Positions 53,473-63,302 are shown, counted from the stretch's first letter. The stretch is 64,000 nucleotides of DNA from an uncultured Christensenella sp. (GCA_910578145.1 CAJTPJ010000003.1:11556-75555), one strand, 5' to 3'. Notes: a model not told the origin generated them from the letters alone. Program-made: numbers and translations.

Positions 53473-54687
53473 TTATAATATTACGCCGTTTTGTTCAAGT
53501 AAAGCGCGCGCGGTTTCCACGCTGTCGGTGCCCGTAGCGTTTTTTACGGGTGCAAATTCCCTGTCCCGCTCCACTTCGTAAGCAAGACAACTGCCCATCA
53601 TTTTAACCATATCCACCACCAGCGTTTCCAGCTTGTAGCCGCACGGCTTTTCGGGCGTTACGCGCACGCCGTTTTCGATATGAGGAATCGCTTTATCCGC
53701 AACGTGATAGGGCAACCTACCCGAAAGCGTGGAGTTGAGTTCGTGCACGTTGAAAAGATAGTTAAGCGTTACGCCGTAGCAATACACCAACTCGCCCTTC
53801 TTGGTTTTATTTTTAAGGTCTTCGGGCATTTCGTAATATTCCATGATAGCGGGTTTGCCGTCCTCGTTGCATAAAACGCCAACTTTTTCGTCCGCGCAAA
53901 CCTTTTTAACGACTTTAGCTCCGCAACCGCAACGCTTTATAATGGTTGCGCCGATAAACGCAGGGTCGCAAATACGTTGCAACACGTTGTCAACCGAGTA
54001 CACGTTAAGCCACTCTATGCCGTCGCGCTCCATAATCCGCGCAAGCCCGCTGTTGACAAGCGACGAGTACCAACCGCCGTTGCCGTTGGGCGCAAGCGAA
54101 ACGCGGTGCTTTTCGTCTAAAAATACCTTGCCCGAATAATCGCACGTGGGAGCAACGTCCTGTATATAAAAATGAATTCTGTCGCGCGGGTAACCGAAAT
54201 AATCGTTTTCCTTGAAAAATTTGATAGTTTCGTCGTTGTTTGCGCGGCTGGTCATAATAAACAGATGAAAATGCCTGCCCGTTTTAGCGTTTACTTCGGC
54301 AATATTATTCATCTGCTGTTCAAATATCGAAAGAAATCTGTTAACCCCGATATTAAACATACCTTTAGGCCCTTTAAAGCCCAAGCGCGAGCCCTGCCCG
54401 CCAGCCAAAAGCACAGCCGCAACCTTGCCTTCTGAAAGAAAATCAAGCCCAACCGACTCGAATTGGGAATAACGGCGTTTTATATCGCTTGAAGTTACCG
54501 CGTTTACGGGGGTAATTTTGCCTAATTTTTTGGGTTTTTGCCCGACGTGCGCCAAAACCGAAAAATTAGTGTTTTCAATATCGTTTAAAAGCGTTTCCTT
54601 ATCGGTTGCGGAAAGTTCGTCGTAATAGTCCAACAAATGCTGTTGACCCCGCTTTGAAAGGTACGCTTTGGCTCTTTCGTAATTCAT
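53473..54687 (-). CDS. UDPGP-family UTP--sugar-1-phosphate uridylyltransferase (UAP/UGP type 1-like)
   Basis: LLAGGQGSRLGFKGPKGMF, PNGNGG and the overall 404-aa layout match the eukaryote-type UDPGP family (Pfam UDPGP), not GalU or GlmU. Confidence 0.75.
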   Translation of the reverse strand: MNYERAKAYLSKRGQQHLLDYYDELSATDKETLLNDIENTNFSVLAHVGQKPKKLGKITPVNAVTSSDIKRRYSQFESVGLDFLSEGKVAAVLLAGGQGSRLGFKGPKGMFNIGVNRFLSIFEQQMNNIAEVNAKTGRHFHLFIMTSRANNDETIKFFKENDYFGYPRDRIHFYIQDVAPTCDYSGKVFLDEKHRVSLAPNGNGGWYSSLVNSGLARIMERDGIEWLNVYSVDNVLQRICDPAFIGATIIKRCGCGAKVVKKVCADEKVGVLCNEDGKPAIMEYYEMPEDLKNKTKKGELVYCYGVTLNYLFNVHELNSTLSGRLPYHVADKAIPHIENGVRVTPEKPCGYKLETLVVDMVKMMGSCLAYEVERDREFAPVKNATGTDSVETARALLEQNGVIL

Positions 54688-54779
54688 ATATAAACCTTAT
54701 ATTGGGAATTAATTTTTTATTTATTATATAATATGTGTAAATTCTTGTCAATATATTTATGAAATTTGCGTTCAACGTA

Positions 54780-54808
54780 TTGAAAACGTAAAAAAATTAG
54801 TATATAAT
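54780..54808 (+). promoter_or_regulatory. Sigma-70-type promoter for the NUDIX-LemA-DUF2207 genes
   Basis: TTGAAA (54780-54785), a 17-nt spacer, and TATAAT (54803-54808). An AAGGAGG RBS precedes the ATG at 54843. Confidence 0.65.
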
Positions 54809-54842
54809 AGAGTATGAAATTCAATGGTTAAGGAGGAAATTT

Positions 54843-55337
54843 ATGTATTGTACGGAATGCGGTGAAAAACTTACGCTTATGTTCGCAAACGGCGAGGGCA
54901 TTATTCCCTATTGCAAAAATTGCAAGCAATACAGGTTTGCGCAGTTTGCCACTGCCGTTAGTATGGTTGTAACGAACAGAAACAAAGATAAAATTTTGCT
55001 TGCCAAACACGTTGGCAACGACGATTTTATTTTATTTGCAGGTTACGTTAAAAAGGGCGAAACGGCGGAAAAAACCGTAACGCGCGAGTTTAAGGAAGAA
55101 ACCAAGTTGAACGTGGTTAAGTACAAGTATATGGGTTCGCGCTATCACGAACCTAAAAACGTGCTTATGCTTGGTTACATCGTTATGGCGGAGGACGGCG
55201 AGCCCGTTTTAAACGAAAAAGAAATTGAAGAAGTTAAATGGTTTTCGTTTGACGAAGCTATCGCGACTATAAGAAAAGATTCCACGGCGGAAGCGTTTTT
55301 GAAAAACGCGCTTGCCGAAATTAAAAATTTTAAATAA
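54843..55337 (+). CDS. NUDIX hydrolase with an N-terminal zinc ribbon (NudC-like layout)
   Basis: CTECG...CKNC zinc ribbon, then the Nudix box GYVKKGETAEKTVTREFKEETKL. Confidence 0.8.
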   Translation: MYCTECGEKLTLMFANGEGIIPYCKNCKQYRFAQFATAVSMVVTNRNKDKILLAKHVGNDDFILFAGYVKKGETAEKTVTREFKEETKLNVVKYKYMGSRYHEPKNVLMLGYIVMAEDGEPVLNEKEIEEVKWFSFDEAIATIRKDSTAEAFLKNALAEIKNFK

Positions 55338-55357
55338 AATTAAAGGAAGGTTTTATT

Positions 55358-55945
55358 ATGTTAAATCGTTTACTGCTTGGCTTGCCTGCAATTATCGGCA
55401 TAGTAGTCGGCGTAGTTTTGGTACTTGCGCTTATTATCTGGGCAATTTCTTGCTATAATAAGTTCGTTTCATTGCGCACCCACTGCGACGACGCGTATTC
55501 TGGCATTGACGTATTTCTTAAAAAGAGATATGATTTAATTCCCAACCTCGTTGAAACGGTAAAGGGCTACGCTAAACACGAAAGCGAAACGTTGCAGCGC
55601 GTTATCGAAGCGCGCGCGGGCATTGCAAAGGCTTCTACCGTAGACGAAATGGTAATGGCGGACAACGCTTTATCACAGGCTATCCGCGGACTTAACCTGG
55701 TTGTTGAAAGATACCCCGATTTAAAAGCCAACGCAAGTTTTATGAGTCTGCAATCGCAGTTGCGGGCAACCGAAACCGAACTTTCTCAGTCCAGACTCTA
55801 CTACAATGCGCGCGTAAGAGAGCTTAACAAGTCCGTACAGTCTTTCCCCGGGCTTATTATCGCTAAACTTTTTAAGGTTAAAACCAGACAGATGTTTACG
55901 GTTGACAGCCCCGAAGAAAGACAAAACGTAAAAGTTCAGTTTTAA
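55358..55945 (+). CDS. LemA-family protein
   Basis: N-terminal TM helix followed by YNKFV.L...CD.A.S.IDV.LKRRYDLIPNLVE.VKGYA.HE, the typical LemA pattern. Confidence 0.88.
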   Translation: MLNRLLLGLPAIIGIVVGVVLVLALIIWAISCYNKFVSLRTHCDDAYSGIDVFLKKRYDLIPNLVETVKGYAKHESETLQRVIEARAGIAKASTVDEMVMADNALSQAIRGLNLVVERYPDLKANASFMSLQSQLRATETELSQSRLYYNARVRELNKSVQSFPGLIIAKLFKVKTRQMFTVDSPEERQNVKVQF

Positions 55946-55963
55946 TTATTTTAAAGGGATAAT

Positions 55964-57865
55964 ATGAAAAAAGTTAAGAGTAAGCTGTTTATTATTGCGC
56001 TTATTTTGTTTTTTGTTGCCCTGCTTTCGGGTTTTATCGGGTTGAACGGCAGCAATATAGCTTCCGCCTACGACGATTCAAACGGCGGAAAATATTCATT
56101 TTATTACGAAAAGTTTAATATAACCTTTGACGTAAAGTCAAACCGCGAATTGCACGTAACAGAAGAGCTTACGGTGCATTTCACGGGCTATTACAGCACG
56201 GGCTTTATGCGCGACATACCCGTTAACGGCGGCGAGCTTGTAAAAGACGTGAGAGTTACCGAGATAACCGACGGCAAGGAAGTTTCCGTGCCCTACTCCG
56301 TTTACGATTACACGGACGACAACGCGGTAAATTACATTACGGCGGATATAGGCAGTTCTTCAAACAAAACCAACAAAGTTTTTACTTATAAACTTACGTA
56401 CAGGTATTGCCTTACGAAAGCGCAAGAAGGTAAAAACGTACTTGCTATAAACGCTATAGGCGCTCAGGACAGAAGAGTTGAAAGCGCGGAGGTTACTTTT
56501 ATTTTGCCGGACGGATATTTGGACGGCACTTACGTAGCGGGGCAGGTTAATTCTACCGACAGCCAACCGCTTAAAAGCAAAGTTATTGACGGAAAAACGG
56601 TTGTAGGCGTAAACGGAATTGAGCTTGCGTACAACGAGGGTATTACCTTTAACTTAAACTTTAAAGACGGCGCGCTTTCAACGTATAAGGACTATACGCC
56701 CTATTACTTTGTGATTGCGGGAATTGCGGTTATTCTTTTAATGTTGGCAGCGAAAGTACTGTTTTTCAACAAGGACAAAGTAGTGCCCGTAGTCAATTTT
56801 GAAGCACCCGAAAAGATGAACCCTTTGATGATGGGAAAATTAATCGACGGCGTTATAGACAGCGAGGACGTTACCTCTATGCTGTTTTATTGGGCGGACA
56901 AAGGCTATATAAAAATTGACTTGACTAACGAAAACGACCCCACCCTTATCCGCATTATGCAAAATTTGCCCGACGAAACGCCTCGTTATGAAAAAGATTT
57001 ATACGCGGGGCTGTTCGCAAGCGGCGACTCGGTTAAAACGAGCAGCCTTAAAAACCGCTTTTACAGAACCATAGACAGGGTGTCCTCAAAATTAAATTCA
57101 AAGGTTAAGAACTTATATACTAAGTCGGGTTTTATTGCGGCGATATTATTTACAGTGCTGGGCGCGCTGATTTGCGGACTTGCGCCGTTACTTCTTGCAA
57201 TGACGCAAATAAACACGTCGTTTACCCCTTTTATGCAACTTTTGATATCGATAGTGCCTTGTATAATTTTGTTTGCGACAGGTTCGTCGTTTAAGGCGAT
57301 GGCGTATAAAAAACAGATTAAAAACACCGTTACGATGATATTTTTATCGTTGTTTGTATTCATTTTATACGCGGCGCTGTTTTACTTGGTAAATCCGCGC
57401 GGAATAATACCGCAGCTTATTTACGTTTTGTATGCGGCGATAAGCGGCTTAACGGCTTTGTTTTCGTTTATTCTGTTTACACGGTCGCCTAAATACGTTG
57501 AACAGCTTAACCAAATAGTCGGATTTAGGGATTTTATACTTTTAGTTGAAAAAGACAAACTTGAACAAATGCTTGAAAGCAACCCTCAGTTCTACTATCA
57601 CGTACTGCCTTACGCGCAGGTTTTGGGCGTTTCCGACAAGTGGGAAGATAAATTCAAGGATATTACGATAGCTCCTCCTCAATGGTCTACCGGCGACCAA
57701 GTGGTGCGCTTTGTAGTTTTAAACAGCATTATTAGAAACTCGTCAAGGACTATGGCGTCTAATATGTCGTCGCGTCCTTCGTCATCGGGCGGAAGCGGAC
57801 GCGGAGGTTTCGGCGGCGGGCACGTAGGCGGAGGCCACGGCGGCGGCGGTTCACGCGGAAGATAA
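55964..57865 (+). CDS. DUF2207-family membrane protein with a Gly-rich C-terminal tail
   Basis: 633 aa with a signal/TM segment, an extracellular beta-rich N-terminal domain, several TM helices, and a tail SSSGGSGRGGFGGGHVGGGHGGGGSRGR. The LemA-DUF2207 pairing is a common gene pair. Confidence 0.75.
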   Translation: MKKVKSKLFIIALILFFVALLSGFIGLNGSNIASAYDDSNGGKYSFYYEKFNITFDVKSNRELHVTEELTVHFTGYYSTGFMRDIPVNGGELVKDVRVTEITDGKEVSVPYSVYDYTDDNAVNYITADIGSSSNKTNKVFTYKLTYRYCLTKAQEGKNVLAINAIGAQDRRVESAEVTFILPDGYLDGTYVAGQVNSTDSQPLKSKVIDGKTVVGVNGIELAYNEGITFNLNFKDGALSTYKDYTPYYFVIAGIAVILLMLAAKVLFFNKDKVVPVVNFEAPEKMNPLMMGKLIDGVIDSEDVTSMLFYWADKGYIKIDLTNENDPTLIRIMQNLPDETPRYEKDLYAGLFASGDSVKTSSLKNRFYRTIDRVSSKLNSKVKNLYTKSGFIAAILFTVLGALICGLAPLLLAMTQINTSFTPFMQLLISIVPCIILFATGSSFKAMAYKKQIKNTVTMIFLSLFVFILYAALFYLVNPRGIIPQLIYVLYAAISGLTALFSFILFTRSPKYVEQLNQIVGFRDFILLVEKDKLEQMLESNPQFYYHVLPYAQVLGVSDKWEDKFKDITIAPPQWSTGDQVVRFVVLNSIIRNSSRTMASNMSSRPSSSGGSGRGGFGGGHVGGGHGGGGSRGR

Positions 57866-57882
57866 AATTTTATAGTTAATTT

Positions 57883-57920
57883 AAGGCGCGGGAACGGTTT
57901 ACCGTTTACCCGCGCCTTTT
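57883..57920 (+). terminator. Intrinsic terminator after the DUF2207 gene
   Basis: AAGGCGCGGG...CCCGCGCCTT long hairpin with an inner ACGGT/ACCGT stem, followed by TTTTTT. Confidence 0.8.
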
Positions 57921-57930
57921 TTGTAAAAAC

Positions 57931-57956
57931 GAAAACCGCCGCATTTGCGGCGGGTT
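57931..57956 (-). terminator. Intrinsic terminator after rplI
   Basis: The minus-strand RNA reads CCGCCGC-AAAU-GCGGCGG followed by UUUUCGUUUUU. Confidence 0.75.
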
Positions 57957-57992
57957 AAAATTTTATTTAACTATCCAAACGGATAAACGGTA

Positions 57993-58436
57993 TTACTCGG
58001 CTTCTACCGTAACGGTAATTTTTGCGGAAATGCCTTCCATAAGTTTCAAATCCACGTCGTAATTGCCAAGCGTTTTAATGGGCGAAGCAAGAGCCACCTT
58101 CTTTTTATCCACGTCGTAACCTGCGGATTTAAGCGCTTCGGCAACGTTTGCGCCGGTAACCGAACCAAATACTTTGCCTGCCTGCCCCGCCTTAATTTTT
58201 ACGGTAAAATTTTTGCCCTGAATTTCTTTTGCAAGCTCTTTGGTGGCCTTAATTTCTTCGGCTTTATGGAAGTCTGCGGCGGATTTTTTCATACTTAAAT
58301 CGTTTAATTTAGCCGCGGTTGCAACTTCGGCAAGTCCTTTTTTAATTAAAAAGTTGCGGGCATAACCTTCGTTAACGTCTACAACTTCGCCTTTTTTGCC
58401 CTGTCCCTTTACGTCCTGTAACAATATAATTTTCAT
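57993..58436 (-). CDS. rplI: 50S ribosomal protein L9
   Basis: [36 protein letters not shown] is the canonical L9 N-terminus. 147 aa. Confidence 0.95.
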   Translation of the reverse strand: MKIILLQDVKGQGKKGEVVDVNEGYARNFLIKKGLAEVATAAKLNDLSMKKSAADFHKAEEIKATKELAKEIQGKNFTVKIKAGQAGKVFGSVTGANVAEALKSAGYDVDKKKVALASPIKTLGNYDVDLKLMEGISAKITVTVEAE

Positions 58437-58536
58437 TTTACGCTCCTTTGTAATATTTTAACCCTGTTTTTTCCTTTTGTCAAGAGCTTGAATATTTTAA
58501 AGCGCCTGACGCAAGATATTTTTGGAGGGTATTATT

Positions 58537-58689
58537 ATGGAAAAAGTAAATTGCGATATTTCTTGCGACGTTGCTTCTTGCAAATACAATCACGCCGGCT
58601 GCAACTGCACGCTTGAACACATTAAAGTAGGATGCGCTTGCGGTCAGCAGGATTGCACTTGCTGCGAAAGTTATTCCGAAAAAGTATAA
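58537..58689 (+). CDS. 50-aa cysteine-rich protein (MEKVNCDISCDVASCKYNHAGCNCTLEHIKVGCACGQQDCTCCESYSEKV), DUF1540-like
   Basis: Hand-translated, because it is below the track cutoff. A GGAGGG RBS lies 7 nt upstream of the ATG, and a strong terminator follows. It has 10 Cys in 50 aa. The C..SC.YN..G.C pattern resembles Firmicutes DUF1540 proteins. Confidence 0.6.
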   Translation: MEKVNCDISCDVASCKYNHAGCNCTLEHIKVGCACGQQDCTCCESYSEKV

Positions 58690-58709
58690 CGCATAAAATT
58701 ACACCCTAA

Positions 58710-58746
58710 AACGCCCTGCGAAATTAATCCGCAGGGCGTTGCTTTT
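58710..58746. terminator. Bidirectional intrinsic terminator
   Basis: AACGCCCTGCG-(9-nt loop)-CGCAGGGCGTT followed by GCTTTT. It lies between the convergent Cys-rich ORF and the membrane protein gene. Confidence 0.75.
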
Positions 58747-59824
58747 ATTGTTGGCTTACGAAATAATCGCGTATGGGAATTAACGGCGCGTCCGTTAAAA
58801 GCGAAATTATGTTTTTATCGTAAAAGTAAGTTGCAACCGCGCTTTTTTCAAAGTACGCGGTGAACTCAGCCATTATTTCAAGGTCGGATATAGGCTGGAT
58901 TATACTGCCCGCAAGCATTAAAAGCCCCGCCGCAAACACTATCGCGAAAACTGCGCCCAAAACGCCGTCCACGGCGTAAAACGCTTTGCTGTTTCTTGCA
59001 AAGTTTAAGAATTTGGGAACGAATACCGCCACCAATATTACTACGACGAGCTCTAAAAGGAACACGCCCACGGTAAGCGCACACTTTGCCAAATTGAGCG
59101 CAAGTTCTTCGTTGCCCATTTCGCCAAGCAGTTCCATAATTTTAGGCGCGATATTTTGCGCCGCCGCGCCGAACGCCTGAACGTTGAACGCCAGATTGTA
59201 CGCAACGTAGCCCGCAAAAATAACCAAACCGATAACCACCAGCGTCCAAAGCGCGTTTGAAATACCGCTTTGATAGCCGCATTTAATTGCCGCAATAAGC
59301 ACGCCGATATATAAAAAGTCCATTAAATATGGTTTAAACGCCGTCCACGCCGCGCTTTCGTAAACTGCGCCGAAAGTTTGCGCATCCAAAGGAATATGCG
59401 ACAAATCCAGCACTACGAGTATAAACGAGGCGGTAAATCCCGTTATCACGAAACCCTTAACCGCAAGAGTTACACCGCCGAAAATACGGTCTACAAACCC
59501 GCTTGCGCCTTTTTTCTTGCCGCCTTTTGCTATTTTTTTGCGCTTTGACGAGCGAAAAATTTTGCGAAACAGCGCGGAAGTGCCCGAAAATGCATTTATG
59601 AACACAAGCGCAAGTCCTATACATATAAATCCGCCGACAGCTGCGTTATCACCCGTAAAATTTTTAGAAACCGCGCCGCCTATACCAATCGTAAGCAGTG
59701 AAGCAAGCAAATACTCCACGCCCCAGGATTTTACGTGAGAAAATCCTTTACAAAGCCCTACTATCAAGCCGACTATTGAAAACACGGCAAGCAGGACTAT
59801 TATCACTATTGAAACAACGTTCAT
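58745..59824 (-). CDS. Polytopic membrane protein (N-terminus CvpA-like), function unknown
   Basis: 359 aa with 8 or more hydrophobic helices and a basic loop (KRKKIAKGGKKKG). The first helix, with its GL..G..KGF pattern, recalls the CvpA family. This similarity is weak. Confidence 0.55.
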   Translation of the reverse strand: MNVVSIVIIVLLAVFSIVGLIVGLCKGFSHVKSWGVEYLLASLLTIGIGGAVSKNFTGDNAAVGGFICIGLALVFINAFSGTSALFRKIFRSSKRKKIAKGGKKKGASGFVDRIFGGVTLAVKGFVITGFTASFILVVLDLSHIPLDAQTFGAVYESAAWTAFKPYLMDFLYIGVLIAAIKCGYQSGISNALWTLVVIGLVIFAGYVAYNLAFNVQAFGAAAQNIAPKIMELLGEMGNEELALNLAKCALTVGVFLLELVVVILVAVFVPKFLNFARNSKAFYAVDGVLGAVFAIVFAAGLLMLAGSIIQPISDLEIMAEFTAYFEKSAVATYFYDKNIISLLTDAPLIPIRDYFVSQQ

Positions 59825-59836
59825 TTCATACCTCTG

Positions 59837-61483
59837 CTATTTGTTAAAGTTATCTTTAAGCGAAACTATTTCAGATAACACAAGCCCGCCCTCGGTGCAT
59901 TTTTTATAATACCCCGTGCGCAAAAGCTGGAAGGGCGTACCGTCGCAACTTTCCGCCAAATACGGCTCTGCTTTGCCCGAAAAACGCCTTTCGCTTTGCG
60001 CGTTAAGCCTTTCGGCATAGTCTTGGTCGGGATATTCCTCGTCCTTTAAAAGAGGGCTGTATTGTCTGAACTCAGCCGTAACGCCATACTTGCAGTCAAC
60101 CCACTGCACTACGCCCTTAGCCTTTACTTCGCAAGGGCTGGCGCTGCCGCTGCGCGATTCGGGGAAGTACGTGCACAAAATTTCCGTCGCGTTGCCGTCG
60201 GCATCCATCATAACGTCGTCGCAACGCACTATATACGCGCCTTTAAGGCGCACCGTGCCGCCCTTTTGAAGTCGCTTGTATTTAGGCGGGGGATTTAAAG
60301 AAAAGTCGTCCCTGTCGATATAAACGCTGCCCGTAAACTTGACTTTACGCGCGCCTGCTTCGGGGTTGGTGGGGTTTTTCTCGAAATCAAGTTCTTCCTC
60401 GCCGTCGTAGTTGGTTATAGTCAATTTCAAGGGATTTAAAACAGCCATAGCACGTTCTGCATTGGCGTTTAAATCGTCGCGTATACAGCTGTCAAGCTGA
60501 GCTTGATTAACCACCGAATACGCTTTGGCTACGCCCACGTCCGCGCAGAATTTTTTCAACGCCTCAGGCGGTACGCCGCGGTTTTTCAAGCCCATAATAG
60601 TGGGCATACGCGGGTCGTCCCAGCCGCGCACGAATTTTTCGTCCACAAGTTTTTTAAGATAGCGTTTAGACATAAGCATATTGGTAATATTAAGCCTTGC
60701 AAACTCTATCTGTCTGGGCAACGGCGCGGGCAAACCCGACCTTTCAACAAACCAATTATAAAGCGGACGGTGGTTTTCAAATTCAAGCGAGCAAAGCGAA
60801 TGCGTTATTCCCTCTATCGCGTCGGAAACGGGGTGTGCAAAATCGTACATAGGATAAATGCACCACTTGTCGCCCGTTCTGTAATGTGGAACGTGCGCAA
60901 TACGGTAAATTATGGGGTCGCGCATATTGAGGTTGGGCGACGACATATCTATTTTCGCCCTTAAAGTTTTAGCGCCGTCGGGGTATACGCCCGCCTTCAT
61001 CTCGCGGAAAAGTTTTAAATTTTCTTCAACGCTTCTGTTGCGGTAGGGCGATTCCTTGCCCGCCTCGGTAAGAGTGCCGCGGGTTGCGGTAATTTCTTCC
61101 GCGGTTAAATCGCACACGTAAGCGTTGCCGTCCATAACGTACTTTTCTGCAATTTCGTACAACTTATCGTAATAATCGGAAGCAAAAACCAGCTTGTCAA
61201 ACTCAAAACCCAGCCATTTTACCGCGTCCACGATAGAATTTACGTACTCATAATCTTCCTTGGCGGGGTTGGTATCGTCCATTCTCAAATTCAGCGTGCC
61301 GTTATAACGTTCCTTTACGCCGAAATTTATGCACATAGCTTTTACGTGACCTATGTGGAGATAGCCGTTAGGCTCGGGCGGGAAACGCACGTGAATTTCG
61401 TTGCCTACCCCCTCGAATTTGCCCGCTTCAAGTTCTTCGTTTATTATTTGTTCTATAAAGTTAGTAGCCTCAGGTAATTTCAT
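59837..61483 (-). CDS. glnS: Glutamine--tRNA ligase
   Basis: RFPPEPNGYLHIGH (HIGH), LMSKR (KMSKS-like), a length of 548 aa, and the C-terminal beta-barrel anticodon-binding region typical of GlnRS rather than GluRS. Confidence 0.88.
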   Translation of the reverse strand: MKLPEATNFIEQIINEELEAGKFEGVGNEIHVRFPPEPNGYLHIGHVKAMCINFGVKERYNGTLNLRMDDTNPAKEDYEYVNSIVDAVKWLGFEFDKLVFASDYYDKLYEIAEKYVMDGNAYVCDLTAEEITATRGTLTEAGKESPYRNRSVEENLKLFREMKAGVYPDGAKTLRAKIDMSSPNLNMRDPIIYRIAHVPHYRTGDKWCIYPMYDFAHPVSDAIEGITHSLCSLEFENHRPLYNWFVERSGLPAPLPRQIEFARLNITNMLMSKRYLKKLVDEKFVRGWDDPRMPTIMGLKNRGVPPEALKKFCADVGVAKAYSVVNQAQLDSCIRDDLNANAERAMAVLNPLKLTITNYDGEEELDFEKNPTNPEAGARKVKFTGSVYIDRDDFSLNPPPKYKRLQKGGTVRLKGAYIVRCDDVMMDADGNATEILCTYFPESRSGSASPCEVKAKGVVQWVDCKYGVTAEFRQYSPLLKDEEYPDQDYAERLNAQSERRFSGKAEPYLAESCDGTPFQLLRTGYYKKCTEGGLVLSEIVSLKDNFNK

Positions 61484-61522
61484 ATTTATTACGCCTTATA
61501 AAAATTTGTAGTAACGCCCGTA

Positions 61523-63184
61523 TTACGACAGCCCCGTTATTTTACCGTTGCCGTCGATATCTATATGCTCAGCGGACGGAACTTTGGAAAGCCCGGGCAT
61601 AAGCATAATTTCGCCTGCGACCGCAACAACAAAACCTGCGCCGCCCTTATAAATAATATCGCGCACCTTTATTTTAAAGCCCGTAGGGCGCGCAAGTTTT
61701 TTTGCGTCGTCCGAAAGCGAATACTGGGTTTTGGCTATTATTACGGGCAAACCCGTAATTGACTTTTTCTCCATTTCCGCAATTTTTTCAAGCGCTTCAC
61801 CGGAGAATTCCGCGCCGTCGCCGCCATAGATATTTTTGACGATATCCTCTACTTTTTTAACTATTCCGTCGTTTAAATTATATGCAAAATTAAGCTCGGA
61901 GGGCTTTTCGCACTCGGCGATAACTGTTTTAGCAAGCTCTTTGCCTCCCTCGCCCCCTTTTAAAAACACGTCGGTAAAAACGGCGGTTGCGCCCGCTGCC
62001 GCGCAGGCGTTTAAAACTGCGTTTATTTCCGCCTCGGTGTCGGTTGCAAACCTGTTCATAGCAACGACTACAGGCTTTTTGTATACGTTTTTAATATTTT
62101 CAACGTGCTTTAAAAGATTGGGAAGTCCCGCCTTAAGCGCCGTTACGTTTTCTTCGGAAAGGGTGGTTTTGTCCGCGCCGCCGTGCAATTTAAGCGCTTT
62201 TACGGTTGCAACTACGACAACGCAGTCGGGCTGAATACCCGCAATTCTGCACTTGGTATCCAAAAACTTTTCCGCGCCAAGGTCCGCGCCGAAGCCCGCT
62301 TCCGTAACCGTGTAATCGGCGAGAGTCATAGCCGTGTAAGTTGCGCGCACCGAATTACAGCCGTGCGCGATATTTGCAAAAGGTCCGCCGTGAACTATAG
62401 CGGGCGTTCCCTCCAACGTTTGCACGAGGTTGGGTTTAATTGCGTCCTTTAAAAGCGTGGTCATTGCGCCGTCTGCGTGCAAGTCGCGCGCGCGGACGTA
62501 ATCGCCGTTTTCGTTTACGCCTACCACTATATTGCCTATTCTCTTTTTCAAATCGGTTAAGTCGGTTGCAAGGCAAAGTATAGCCATAACCTCGCTTGCG
62601 GCGGTAATTTCAAAGCCTTCCGCACGGTCGTAACTTACGCAGCCTTTCATTGCGCCGGCGGAGTTACGTATGGTGATATCCCTTAAAGAGCGGTCGTTCA
62701 TATCCATACAACGGCGGAAATACACTTGTTTGATTTTAAGCGCGTTGCCGCGGAGCAGGTGATTGTCTATCATAGCGCAAAGCAGGTTGTTTGCCGCGGT
62801 GATAGCGTGCAAATCGCCCGTGAAATGCAAATTAATATCCGACATAGGCACGACTTGGGCGTATCCGCCGCCCGCAGCGCCGCCCTTTATGCCGAACACG
62901 GGACCGAGCGACGGTTCGCGTAGCGCAAGGCAAGCCTTTTTACCCAGCTTGGACATTCCGTCGGCAAGCCCTATGGAAACAGTGGTTTTACCCTCGCCGC
63001 TTGCCGTGGGGTTAATTGCAGTAACCAAAATAAGTTTAGACTTAGGATTTACTTTTTTAAGGTTTATCTTCGCTTTGTATTTGCCGTATAACTCTAGGTC
63101 GTCCTCTTTAAGTCCGAGTTTTTTTGCAATTTCGCGGATATCTTTCATTTTACAGCTTTCAGCTATTTCGATGTCAGAGAGCAT
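61523..63184 (-). CDS. fhs: Formate--tetrahydrofolate ligase
   Basis: SDIEIA, TAINPTASGEGKTT, and the overall 553-aa FTHFS pattern. Confidence 0.94.
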   Translation of the reverse strand: MLSDIEIAESCKMKDIREIAKKLGLKEDDLELYGKYKAKINLKKVNPKSKLILVTAINPTASGEGKTTVSIGLADGMSKLGKKACLALREPSLGPVFGIKGGAAGGGYAQVVPMSDINLHFTGDLHAITAANNLLCAMIDNHLLRGNALKIKQVYFRRCMDMNDRSLRDITIRNSAGAMKGCVSYDRAEGFEITAASEVMAILCLATDLTDLKKRIGNIVVGVNENGDYVRARDLHADGAMTTLLKDAIKPNLVQTLEGTPAIVHGGPFANIAHGCNSVRATYTAMTLADYTVTEAGFGADLGAEKFLDTKCRIAGIQPDCVVVVATVKALKLHGGADKTTLSEENVTALKAGLPNLLKHVENIKNVYKKPVVVAMNRFATDTEAEINAVLNACAAAGATAVFTDVFLKGGEGGKELAKTVIAECEKPSELNFAYNLNDGIVKKVEDIVKNIYGGDGAEFSGEALEKIAEMEKKSITGLPVIIAKTQYSLSDDAKKLARPTGFKIKVRDIIYKGGAGFVVAVAGEIMLMPGLSKVPSAEHIDIDGNGKITGLS

Positions 63185-63302
63185 AATTCACCCCACAATA
63201 AAATTCCTTTCACTATTATATCATATATTAGACGAAAAGCATATTTTTTGACTTGGTTTTTTGCGTTTTTTTAAAATTTTTCCACGAGTTTACACGGATA
63301 AC

